Source of the DNA: an uncultured Verrucomicrobiae bacterium
GTDB lineage: Bacteria > Verrucomicrobiota > Verrucomicrobiia > Limisphaerales > Palsa-1400
Length of the DNA stretch: 64,000 nt
Direction of reading: 5' to 3'
NCBI GenBank assembly: GCA_963764165.1
Contig: CAVXRD010000002.1
Location: 1,600,001-1,664,000 of the forward strand
Shown: positions 27,501-36,243 of the stretch, piece by piece
Numbering within the stretch: the first letter of the stretch is position 1
Layout: each line of letters starts with the position of its first letter
Program-made: the position numbers and the translations under genes
The notes under the pieces: model-generated
Database searches by the model: none
What the model was told of the DNA's origin: nothing
What the model saw: only the letters and a program-made list of their open reading frames with translations

Positions 27501-28147
27501 ATGCTGGATACATTCGTTCCAATCGTGACATGGGCCAGGCCCAGGCAGAAATCGAATGCGTAATCCCCCACATTGGTAACGCTATCGGGGATTGCGATGA
27601 TGAGCAAGTAGACGGCACCCTGAAACGCGGCGGATCCGATGCTCGTCACGTTGTTGGAGATCGTATAATTTCCAATGCCTCCCGGGAATTGCAGAAGCGT
27701 GGTTTGCTGTTGATTGAACAAGACGCCCCCGGCGCTGGCGTAGGCTGGATTGCTGGCTTCCACGTTGATCGCCGACAGGTAGTAGCAGTCAGCAAAAGCT
27801 CCAATGCCGATGTTGGTGACGCCGGCCGGGATCGTCACGCTGGTCAGCCGGGACTCAAAAAACGCATAGGATCCAATGCTGGTGATGCTCTCGGGTATGC
27901 TGACGCCGCTTATCTCGGCGTTATAAAATGCATTGGTTCCTATCCCTGTCACAGGCAAGCCATTGATGGTTTCGGGAATCGTTACAGGAACCGAGCTGAA
28001 TCCAGTAAACCCGGTAATCGTGATCGCGCCGTTGTTGGTGATGTAGCTGAACGATTGCGCGCGAACCGATGCCGCAGTGGCCAGGCTGAGAGCACAGAGA
28101 CACAGTCGGACGGCGGAACTCATATTCATATTCATCTTCCTTCCCAT
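24572..28147 (-). CDS. BspA-like leucine-rich repeat (LRR_5) surface protein
   Basis: Signal peptide; dozens of IPxSVTxIGxYAF repeats; C-terminal beta domain. Confidence 0.92.
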   Translation of the reverse strand: MGRKMNMNMSSAVRLCLCALSLATAASVRAQSFSYITNNGAITITGFTGFSSVPVTIPETINGLPVTGIGTNAFYNAEISGVSIPESITSIGSYAFFESRLTSVTIPAGVTNIGIGAFADCYYLSAINVEASNPAYASAGGVLFNQQQTTLLQFPGGIGNYTISNNVTSIGSAAFQGAVYLLIIAIPDSVTNVGDYAFDFCLGLAHVTIGTNVSSIGSWAFAYSGLTNIVIPAGVTNIGTGAFGYCTYLRAINVDSNNPAYASMAGALLNQSLTTFIQCQGGPLNYVYAISNSVTNIGDYAFAGARLETVTMGPNVSYIGNYAFAGASIESVAFPNSLVGIGGYAFYDCNYLVNAPLGGRVASIGDYAFADTKLTNSTIPNSVTNIGNYLFYGCSNLSSATLSTNAASVGSGMFEYCNLLTNVSIPGGVANIGPYAFYHCGQLKQITVGANAASIGDYAFSGSQLRSVAIPDSVTNFGLAFSNCMYLTNISIGASCNDIGSNAFSGCYDLSRIAIPNSITNIGDYAFVGTALTNVTIGTNVANIGNYAFYECSGLKGVVIPNSVTNIGNSAFYECYELAALSLGTGAINIGSNAFEGCALTNITIPASVTCVGDYAFDNCRQLTNATLGAGIGYIGNFAFDGDALATITIPGSVTNLGTNAFFELVEVTAVNVAPNNPAYSSVEGVLYNYSGTELIQFPTGSNAASFSIPYGVTSIAEDAFAGSVLTNITIPTSVTNIGDDAFASCTNLVRMTIPASVNNLGNGTFYGCGSLAKVTFEGGYLPMIGNATFCLCTSLASAAFPGSVTSIGSQAFYECSFLTNVGSLSGVTNFGDYAFYECNELPITIGPNVQSIGEDAFESCDSLYRVIIPGSVRNLGAYAFGYCLYLTNVAISSGVTNIGDGAFYDCQSLKTITIPASVAGIGNYVFENTSLGEIVIPNGVTTLGSYLFAYSSGLTNAVIPNTVTTIGAYAFYDCYDLSSVAIPDSVTSIGQYAFGLCASLSTLTIPESVTSIGAYAFEEMYALKNVTIPSSVTALPAYVFYACESLTNITIPASITSIGADAFYGCYNLTGVFFAGNAPATNGAVFGQNSPTAYYLPGRTGWSSTFAGLPASRWNPLMQSGGTTFGANGNLFGFNITGTANIPIVVEASTNLADSTWLPVLSCTLTNGSVVFSDAKWENYPARYYRITAP

Positions 28148-28254
28148 TCAGGCAAATCCGCCTTCTCCCTTTCGGGCGGCGCTGGAGCGAACAAAGTTTC
28201 GCCCTTCGAGTTCTTTTATTGGATCGCGGAGAATTGGTTGCAAGAAAAATGAAA

Positions 28255-31200
28255 TTATTTTGAAGGAAGCAGGGACACCACCTCGGCCCGCAGACGCGCG
28301 GCGTCCTTGTCCCGCGGGGCATATTGCAAAGCGCGGCGGCTGAGGAAATCCGCCTCGGAGAAGCGGCAGGGATTATTGGTCTCGTCCACGGTGAGCCGGG
28401 CAATCTTGGCAAGCAGAAATCCATTGGTGGGGGCGGCGGCCAGCAGTTCGCGCAACTCCCCAAGCCGATCCTCGGCGGCCATCCGCTTGATGTAATCGCT
28501 CATCATCACATCGCTGCTCCACGAGATAGTTCGTGTGGATGGATCGCTCAAAAACCAGCGGGCCCAGCGGTTCCACGGATTTTCTCTGTCCGCGTCGCGC
28601 AACTGTTTGCGAAGAGCCAGAATTTCAGCGGCGGGTGTTAACAATTCCGTCCCGTTTTCCCGGTAACGTATACCCGCCACGCCTTCGGCCAAGGCGGGCA
28701 GCCAGCCTGGCGCGGGACCGGGCGGCTGCGTTTCATGCCAGACGGACACGTCGTCCATGGCGTGGGCCGAAACGAAAGTGCTCCAGTCTGGTGAGCCAAT
28801 AATGCGTGCCACCGGCAACGGATCGTTCATTGGCAGTCCCGTTCGAGCATCCCATCGCCGCGCATTCAGGACAGTTGACAAGGTCAGCAGTTGCCGGCCG
28901 TCGCTGGAAAACTCGACTGGGAACGCCCCTTCCCCATGAAGCATTGGCGCCCCGATGCGCGCACCGGTGACGGCATCCCACAAGAAAGCGTAACCTTTCA
29001 GATCGCCGGTCGCCAGAACCCTCCCGTCCGGGCTGGCCACAGCGGCGGTGACCGCGTCGCGATGGCGCAACGTGAGGCGCGGGGCGGCGGGCGCCGCCAG
29101 CGACCATATCCGGACGGTCGAATCCAGGGCGCGAGTCAAAATGGAGCGGCCATCGCGGCTGAAATCGGCCGCCACTCCCGGGCCGTCCAGAGGCAGGTCT
29201 GCCACCAGGGCGCCCGTATGCGCGTCCCACAGCCGGGCGTGAAGTTCGTAGCATCCAGTAAGAATCAGGCGTCCGTCCGGACTGTAAGCACCGCTGACCA
29301 GAACGTGCCCGAACCTCTCTGCGCTCGACGTGCAAGCCACCGGGCCGAGAGTGAATTTCCCGCTGCCCGGATCAATCTCAGCCCATTCATTGCCCGTGGT
29401 AACGAGAACAGCCGATCCATCCGGGCTGAATTGGAGGGCGCGCCACGCTTTGTCCACAGGTGGGTGGATAGCCGTGATTGAACCGCTGGAAAGATCCACC
29501 AGCGTCATATTTGTTCCTGCGCTGATGACAGCCCGTGTCCATGCGCTGTTGGTGATAAACGATTCCGCTCCACCGTCGATGGAATTTACAATCGTGCGTT
29601 TGACGGCAAGCGCCTTCGCATCCCAGACGCGGATGGCGCCTGATTGTTCAACCGTAAAGAATTCGTCGCGCCCCGGCCCCCACGAACACACAAAAGTGGA
29701 GCCGGGCGCACGCTTTCGCAGGGGCCATACTCGGCGTGGCCGGACATCCCATAATGCGGGGGCATCTCCGGGGCCTCCTGTTAACAAATACTGGCCCGTT
29801 TCATCAAATTGAATGACCGATAGAATGTCCTTATGGCGAATTGGCTCGATGACCTCCCTTCCCGAATGCACGTCCCAGATCTGCACGGTGGCGTCGCGAC
29901 CTCCTGTGGCCACCCGCTGGCCATCCGGGCTGAAAGCGCATGCCATGATATAGCCGGGGTGTCCGTTATACGCAAAAAGCTTTTGGCCGGTTTTCGCGTC
30001 AAAGAGATAAACGGGGGCATCTTCAGTCGCGACGGCAATGCGGGAGCTATCAGGGCTGAATGTGCCGCCCGAGATATTGGTCACCTCCAGGCGCGCGATA
30101 AGGCGGCCAGAAGGGAACTCCCAAAGTCCCGGAAAAGCCTTGTCTGGGAAAGTCATTATTCGCGTCGCATCTGGGCTAATCGCGGCAACGCCCACTTCAG
30201 CGGACTCATTCAGCGTGCATGCCAGTTTGAAGGCATTGGTTGCTTCCCAAATCTTGGCGGTGTGATCAGACGCGGCGGTAATTAAGTAACGGTTGCCCGG
30301 GGTGAACTGAAACCATTGGACGGCGTCATTATGCGCCCGCCATCGGACTTGGCGTCCTCCCGGCTTCCGATCGATTGCCGCCACATCGCCGTTGGTGAAT
30401 CCAACGACGAACAGCGACCCATCCGGACTTAGCTCCATCGCCTCCGACGCTCCCGGGAATGAATATGATGAAATGCGCCCACCCGCGTCGGCGTTCCACA
30501 CCACAACCTCTCCCGCTGAAGTCATGGCGATGGCAACTTTGCCATTGGTGCTGACGCTCTCTTGAAGAACGCCGTTGGAAAAGATAATCGGCGAACCCAG
30601 TGGCGTTCCAGTTTGCGCATTCCAGAAACGGAGGGTGTTGCGCATTCCCGCGACAACAACCCTGCTGGCATCTGGTGTCATCACCATCGAGTAAAGGCTC
30701 GATCCATCCTCAAAGGGCGCGGATGCGACTTGGGCCAGCGGATGATTCTCAAGCGCTGACCGCAGCCGCTCGCCCGCCGTGGAATCGGACAGATCGAGGC
30801 GCAGATTGGCGGCCAGGGTGGCCAGCGCTTCGTATGGTTTGCCTTTGCCGGACGCTTTGTCGATTTTGAACAGCTCTTCCGCCTGCAAGGCTTGAATGCG
30901 CATGGTGGTCTGAATCAGCGAGGCCCGGGCATGCTCGGCCCGCCGCCATTCCAGCGTCACTCCCACCGCCGCCGCCAGCATGATGATGGTCAGCAGGGCG
31001 CACAGCGCGGAAACCACCGGATTCCGGCGCGCCCGCATCATCTGCCGCTTCCGCCAGCTTGTTCGGCGCGCCTTGATCGGAAGTCCTTTGAGCCAAAGGC
31101 CAAGGTCCTCGGCCAGTTCCCTGGCGCTGTCATAGCGGTCAGCCGGAGCTTTGGCGAGGCACTTGAGGCAAATAATCTCCAATTCTTCCGGCACTTTGGG

Positions 31201-32118
31201 CTTTAATCGGCGTGGTGGGACTGGCTCAACGGAGGCCACGTTGGCCAAGAGCTGCGGAACGGAGTCTCCGGAGAAGGGCGCAGACCCTGCCAGGAGATAA
31301 TAAAGCACCGCTCCCAGCGAATAAATGTCCGACCGATTTGTCGGCGCGGACATGGTGCCGGCAAGCTGTTCAGGCGCGGTATACGCCGGTGTTCCCAGCA
31401 CTTGACCGGTGATTGTGAGAGGGTTCTGGTCGTCCAAACGCTTGGCGACGCCGAAGTCGGTCAGGAGCAGGCGGCCTCGCTCGTCCACCAGGACATTGGT
31501 CGGTTTGAGATCGCGATGGAATATGCCGCAGTCATGAACATGCTGCACTGTTTCCGCCACCACGCGCACGGTCTCCGCCGCTTTCTCCCACGATAGCGTT
31601 TCCGTGCCTCGAAAGTCGGCCAGCGTTTTTTTGCCCCGGATGAATTCCATGACAAAATAGGGCTGGCCGAAATACTCTCCCGTCCCATGCACCGGCACAA
31701 TGTGGGGATGCTGCAGGCTGGCCACGATTTTGGCCTCCTCCTGAAACCGGCGCAGGAATGCCTCGTCAGCAAACGGGCTGTGCAGAATGACCTTGATGGC
31801 CACCTCCCGCTTCAAGCTGATCTGCCGGGCGCGGTAAACGACGCCCATGCTGCCGCGGCTGATTTCCTCGCTTAATTCAAAATCGCCGAAGACGCGGATC
31901 GATCCCGGCGGCAGCGGGCTGTTGGTGGCCAGAATTTCCGGCGGAGGATCCAAATCCTGGGTGGTGGAATTGGCAGCCAGGCAACGGAGGCACAACCCCT
32001 CCGCCACAGAAGGGTTTACGAGCCTGCCGCAATTTGGACAAATCGAAGAATCCATGCCAGTGGCATCTGTCTTCTGCATACTAGCCGGTTTCTCCCGAAC
32101 GGTTGCCCACAATTCCAC
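28255..32118 (-). CDS. Hanks-type Ser/Thr kinase with TM helix and WD40 repeats
   Basis: CPNC..CLRC N-terminus, EVAIK, HRDLKPTN, DFG, GTPAYTAPE, TM helix, many FSPDG..W WD40 repeats. Confidence 0.93.
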   Translation of the reverse strand: MELWATVREKPASMQKTDATGMDSSICPNCGRLVNPSVAEGLCLRCLAANSTTQDLDPPPEILATNSPLPPGSIRVFGDFELSEEISRGSMGVVYRARQISLKREVAIKVILHSPFADEAFLRRFQEEAKIVASLQHPHIVPVHGTGEYFGQPYFVMEFIRGKKTLADFRGTETLSWEKAAETVRVVAETVQHVHDCGIFHRDLKPTNVLVDERGRLLLTDFGVAKRLDDQNPLTITGQVLGTPAYTAPEQLAGTMSAPTNRSDIYSLGAVLYYLLAGSAPFSGDSVPQLLANVASVEPVPPRRLKPKVPEELEIICLKCLAKAPADRYDSARELAEDLGLWLKGLPIKARRTSWRKRQMMRARRNPVVSALCALLTIIMLAAAVGVTLEWRRAEHARASLIQTTMRIQALQAEELFKIDKASGKGKPYEALATLAANLRLDLSDSTAGERLRSALENHPLAQVASAPFEDGSSLYSMVMTPDASRVVVAGMRNTLRFWNAQTGTPLGSPIIFSNGVLQESVSTNGKVAIAMTSAGEVVVWNADAGGRISSYSFPGASEAMELSPDGSLFVVGFTNGDVAAIDRKPGGRQVRWRAHNDAVQWFQFTPGNRYLITAASDHTAKIWEATNAFKLACTLNESAEVGVAAISPDATRIMTFPDKAFPGLWEFPSGRLIARLEVTNISGGTFSPDSSRIAVATEDAPVYLFDAKTGQKLFAYNGHPGYIMACAFSPDGQRVATGGRDATVQIWDVHSGREVIEPIRHKDILSVIQFDETGQYLLTGGPGDAPALWDVRPRRVWPLRKRAPGSTFVCSWGPGRDEFFTVEQSGAIRVWDAKALAVKRTIVNSIDGGAESFITNSAWTRAVISAGTNMTLVDLSSGSITAIHPPVDKAWRALQFSPDGSAVLVTTGNEWAEIDPGSGKFTLGPVACTSSAERFGHVLVSGAYSPDGRLILTGCYELHARLWDAHTGALVADLPLDGPGVAADFSRDGRSILTRALDSTVRIWSLAAPAAPRLTLRHRDAVTAAVASPDGRVLATGDLKGYAFLWDAVTGARIGAPMLHGEGAFPVEFSSDGRQLLTLSTVLNARRWDARTGLPMNDPLPVARIIGSPDWSTFVSAHAMDDVSVWHETQPPGPAPGWLPALAEGVAGIRYRENGTELLTPAAEILALRKQLRDADRENPWNRWARWFLSDPSTRTISWSSDVMMSDYIKRMAAEDRLGELRELLAAAPTNGFLLAKIARLTVDETNNPCRFSEADFLSRRALQYAPRDKDAARLRAEVVSLLPSK

Positions 32119-32126
32119 TCAATCGG

Positions 32127-32879
32127 CTAGTCCAGCAGCATGCGCTTGAGATGTTGCAACTCATCTTCCAAGTCCAAAGGGTTGACCAGCGTTTCGAGAA
32201 CCAGCCTTCGGAGAATCTCTCCGAATTGCTTGCGAAAATGGAATGCCTGCGCTTTGGCGGTGCCCTCGCTGACGTTCAATCTCCGGGCCAGCTCCGCGAT
32301 GGGAATTTTGCCCTCCTCGAGCGTTAAAATGGGCTTGAGAATCGCGAAGGGGCCGGGCTTGCCTCGCTTTGCCCATTCTCCAGCCATCTCGGCCAGGGCG
32401 CTCTCGAACAGCGCCACCGCGCAGGCGTGATCGTACGATTCCGCCGGCGTCTTTCCGTCCGACGCAGCGGCCACGGCGGCGCCAAGGTGATCGGCGTCAT
32501 CAAATTCGACGTGCTCGTGATTGCCGCCGCGCTTTTGCGTGTGTTTCTTTTTCCAGGTCTGAATGACGTGATGGTGAAAGCACGTTGAGAGGAAATTGCG
32601 GAATCGCCCTTTCGACGCTTCGGCGCCCGCCACCAAATCTTTTTCCACCAGCACAAGAAAAAAGCTCTGGATGGCGTCTTCCGCATCGTCATGGGAAAGC
32701 CCGAGTCTGCGGGCGAACACGTAAATGGGATTGCGATAAATGGAAAATAAATGACCGAGCGCGTCCTGCTTGGAACTGGAATCAGGGCCGCCCGCATTCA
32801 AGATGAGAGTCCACGAAGTGGGCGGGAACACCGAATTCGCGGCGGGGCGATTGCGTCCGTTTTGCCTTTCGTCGCTCAT
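32127..32879 (-). CDS. ECF sigma factor (kinase-associated type)
   Basis: FPPTSWTLI N-terminus, DAEDAIQSFF, KGRFRNFL, KRGG, region-4 HTH. Confidence 0.88.
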   Translation of the reverse strand: MSDERQNGRNRPAANSVFPPTSWTLILNAGGPDSSSKQDALGHLFSIYRNPIYVFARRLGLSHDDAEDAIQSFFLVLVEKDLVAGAEASKGRFRNFLSTCFHHHVIQTWKKKHTQKRGGNHEHVEFDDADHLGAAVAAASDGKTPAESYDHACAVALFESALAEMAGEWAKRGKPGPFAILKPILTLEEGKIPIAELARRLNVSEGTAKAQAFHFRKQFGEILRRLVLETLVNPLDLEDELQHLKRMLLD

Positions 32880-33003
32880 CGGGCGCGAGCCTAAATGGAT
32901 GACAGCGCAGTGACAAGCGATTTTCGCGGCCCATCGCCGAGGGAATTCTCGCGGCGTTTCCCACAGCCTTGCGAGATGCGGAGTTCGCCGTTAGTGTGCG
33001 TCC

Positions 33004-35973
33004 ATGTGTGCCCGCGCCCGTGCCTGCATCCGCCTGAAGGGCGTGCGGCAAAACAACCTCAAGATCGGCCAATTGGACATTCCCCTGCGGAAATTGGTTG
33101 TCATTGCCGGCTTGAGCGGCTCGGGAAAAAGTTCCCTGGCCTTTGATACATTGTTCGCAGAGGGCCAGCGCCGCTACATCGAAACTTTTTCGCCCTACGC
33201 CCGGCAGTTCCTCGATCGAATGGACAAACCCCAGGCGGAGAGCATTGAAGGCATCCCGCCGGCCATCGCCATCGAGCAGCGCAATACCGTCCGCACGACC
33301 CGCTCCACGGTGTCAACAATGACCGATATTTCGGAATACGCGAAGGCCTTCTGGCCCCATGTGGCCAGGCTGCATTGCCGCCAATGCGGAAAGCAGGTGC
33401 AAAAAGATTCGCCGCAAACCATCTGGGCTTCGTATCTCAAACGATCGCCCGGCCACGAACTGCTGATCACCTTCACTCTTGCGCTGAGCGAGAAATTCGC
33501 GCTCGACGAATCGCTGGCGCTCATCTCGCGGCAAGGCTATCGGCGGTTGCTGGTGAAAGGCGCCGTGGTCATGCTGGAGGATGCCCCGGCAATTCTCGAA
33601 AACCAGCCGCAGGCATCCCTGACGGTTGTTCAAGACCGGGTAAAATTGGCCGATGCGAATCGTGCGCGGTTTGTCCAAGCCTGTGAACAGGCTTACCATT
33701 TCGGCGGCGGCAAACTGAGCCTCCGGGCCATTGAACCGGGACAGCGGGAGACTTCAGCCGAGGCGGCGGCATTTTCCAGCGGATTTCATTGCGCCGCTTG
33801 CGACATTGCCTACCCCGAGCCGAGCCCGGCCATTTTCAGTTTCAATCACCCGCTTGGGGCGTGCCCGTCCTGCCGCGGTTTCGGCAGAACCATTGCCATT
33901 GACTACGATTTGGCCGTGCCGGATTGGAGCAAAACGCTGGCCGAAGGCGCGGTCAAAGCGTGGCAGACTCCGGTCAATTCGCAGTGTCAGGCGGACATGA
34001 TGAAATTCGCCAAAAAGCGGCGCGTCCCAACCAATGTCCCCTTCCGCGAGCTTGAGCCAAAGTGGCGCGATTGGGTCATGTCGGGCGACGAAGGTTACGG
34101 CAGAGACGCGGCGCACAAATGGCCGCGCGCGTGGTACGGGGTGAAAGGCTTTTTCCGCTGGCTGGAGTCGAAGGCCTACAAAATGCATGTGCGGGTGCAA
34201 CTGGCCCGCTATCGGATGTATCAGCCTTGCCTGGCCTGCCACGGCACGCGTTTTCGCCCGGACACGTTATTATACAAGGCCGGAGAAACGACGCTTTCGG
34301 ATTTTTATCGGATGAGCGTCTCACGGGCCTTGGCTTTCATCCAATCTTTGGAACGAAATTGGACTCGAACTGGCGCTTCCGATCCGGTCGCGATGGCTTT
34401 GGAGGAGGTCGGTTCGCGCCTGGGTTATCTCGAAGCCGCCGGCGTTGGCTATTTGACTCTGGATCGCCCAACGCGGACGCTTTCAGGCGGCGAGACGGAA
34501 CGGGTCAATCTCACTGCCTGCCTCGGTTCGCGGCTGGTCAACACGTTGTTCGTTTTGGACGAACCAAGCGTCGGCCTGCACCCGCGCGACACCGCCCGAT
34601 TGGTGCGGTTGCTGCAAAAACTGCGCAACGCGGGCAACAGCGTCGTGGTTGTCGAGCACGAGGCGAGTGTGATGCGGGCGGCCGATCAAATCATCGAAAT
34701 CGGCCCGGGTCACGGCGAATCGGGCGGGAAAGTTGTTTTCCAAGGCGGATGCGACGAAATCATTGCCTCCGATGATTCGCTGACCGGCTCCTACCTGGCC
34801 GGACGCAAGCAAATGGATGCCGCGCCTCAACGCCCCGTTGCGGCTGGGCCCAAAGGCAAATTGATCCTGCGCCACGCCGGCCTGCACAACCTCAAGGACG
34901 TCACAGTGGAAATTCCGCTGGGGCGTTTCGTGTGCATTACCGGCGTCAGCGGCTCGGGCAAGAGCACGCTGATTACAGAAATTCTCGTTCCCGCGTTGCG
35001 CGAAAAACTGAATGACAGTGGTCGAATACCGGCTTCCGCCGAGGATGGCGGGGAGGAGGACGAATCGACACCCGAGAAATCCGGAGTCGGTTCGTCGGCG
35101 GCGGTTTTGGAAGGATGGGAGGGTCTTGGGCAGCTTATCTGCGTTGATCAATCGCCCTTGGGCCGGACGCCCCGATCCAATCCGGCGGTATATATAGGGG
35201 CGTTTGATCATATCCGCGCCTTCATGGCTCAGACCGAGACGGCGCGCCAGCGCGGGTTGAACGCCAGCTCTTTCAGCTTCAACTCCGCCCAAGGCCAATG
35301 TGAACGCTGCCGCGGAGCTGGATTCGAGAAGATCGAAATGCAGTTTTTGAGCGATGTCTTTGTCCGCTGCCCGGATTGCGATGGCCGCCGCTACCGCCCG
35401 CACATTCTGGACGTGACCGTCTCCGCCGACGACAAGACCGGAGCCAGCCGCCAGTGGAACATCGCCGATATGTTAAATGCTTCAGTTGATGAGGCGATCG
35501 GCTTCCTGAGCCGGTTTCCTGAATCGAGCCCGGCAGCTCAAGCTATTCGCTCGCTTGGCCTGTTGCAGGAGGTTGGGCTGGGTTACCTCCGCTTGGGCCA
35601 GCCTGTGAACACCCTCTCCGGCGGCGAATGCCAGCGCCTCAAGCTGGTGGAGCATTTGGCGCACGCAGGGCAAACAACGACAGTCGAATCTAAACCAATT
35701 ATGTTCGTATTCGACGAACCGACCACTGGGCTTCACTTCGACGATGTGCGGGTTTTGCTCAAAGCATTGCAGAAAATCGCTGGTAAAGGCCACACAGTTA
35801 TCGTTATCGAACATAATCTGGAAGTCATCCGTTCGGCAGATTGGTTGATCGATCTGGGGCCGGAAGCCGGAGAAGAAGGGGGACAAATTGTCGCAACCGG
35901 AACGCCTGCTAAAGTGGCTCAAAATGCCCGGAGTTATACCGGACAAGCCCTTGCTGGAACGTTGGTTGTGTGA
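33004..35973 (+). CDS. uvrA: Excinuclease ABC subunit A homologue
   Basis: GLSGSGKSSLAFDTLFAEGQRRY, Zn fingers, LSGGE signatures, GVSGSGKST, DEPTTGLH. Confidence 0.93.
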   Translation: MCARARACIRLKGVRQNNLKIGQLDIPLRKLVVIAGLSGSGKSSLAFDTLFAEGQRRYIETFSPYARQFLDRMDKPQAESIEGIPPAIAIEQRNTVRTTRSTVSTMTDISEYAKAFWPHVARLHCRQCGKQVQKDSPQTIWASYLKRSPGHELLITFTLALSEKFALDESLALISRQGYRRLLVKGAVVMLEDAPAILENQPQASLTVVQDRVKLADANRARFVQACEQAYHFGGGKLSLRAIEPGQRETSAEAAAFSSGFHCAACDIAYPEPSPAIFSFNHPLGACPSCRGFGRTIAIDYDLAVPDWSKTLAEGAVKAWQTPVNSQCQADMMKFAKKRRVPTNVPFRELEPKWRDWVMSGDEGYGRDAAHKWPRAWYGVKGFFRWLESKAYKMHVRVQLARYRMYQPCLACHGTRFRPDTLLYKAGETTLSDFYRMSVSRALAFIQSLERNWTRTGASDPVAMALEEVGSRLGYLEAAGVGYLTLDRPTRTLSGGETERVNLTACLGSRLVNTLFVLDEPSVGLHPRDTARLVRLLQKLRNAGNSVVVVEHEASVMRAADQIIEIGPGHGESGGKVVFQGGCDEIIASDDSLTGSYLAGRKQMDAAPQRPVAAGPKGKLILRHAGLHNLKDVTVEIPLGRFVCITGVSGSGKSTLITEILVPALREKLNDSGRIPASAEDGGEEDESTPEKSGVGSSAAVLEGWEGLGQLICVDQSPLGRTPRSNPAVYIGAFDHIRAFMAQTETARQRGLNASSFSFNSAQGQCERCRGAGFEKIEMQFLSDVFVRCPDCDGRRYRPHILDVTVSADDKTGASRQWNIADMLNASVDEAIGFLSRFPESSPAAQAIRSLGLLQEVGLGYLRLGQPVNTLSGGECQRLKLVEHLAHAGQTTTVESKPIMFVFDEPTTGLHFDDVRVLLKALQKIAGKGHTVIVIEHNLEVIRSADWLIDLGPEAGEEGGQIVATGTPAKVAQNARSYTGQALAGTLVV

Positions 35974-36090
35974 CAATCTGGCTCAATTTTTCCACCGCTT
36001 ATTAGTATGACTCATAAATCTCGCAAATTGCTGCCCTGCAAAAGCTTTCAATCATGCGGCAAAAATGTTACAAATATTGACGGTCTTCCT

Positions 36091-36118
36091 TTGACAGAAA
36101 CTAATGATTATGTATTCT
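36091..36118 (+). promoter_or_regulatory. Putative sigma70 promoter upstream of rpoD
   Basis: TTGACA-16 bp-TATTCT in an AT-rich intergenic region. Confidence 0.5.
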
Positions 36119-36243
36119 TTAGTGGCGCGGTCTTCTAAGTTTGAAGCAACAAAAAGAGCGAAAGCCCGCGTGTCTAATGACGCGGCCAACATTGCCGCAC
36201 GATTTTTATGAACCTTAACACGGATAGGCTGTCCCAATAAGAT

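Noticed and set aside
28148..28254. Riboswitch (c-di-GMP-like) in the LRR gene leader
   Set aside because: Two small hairpins and a GAAA loop are present, but the conserved GGCAAAC/GCAAA core is not convincing; an Rfam scan would be needed.
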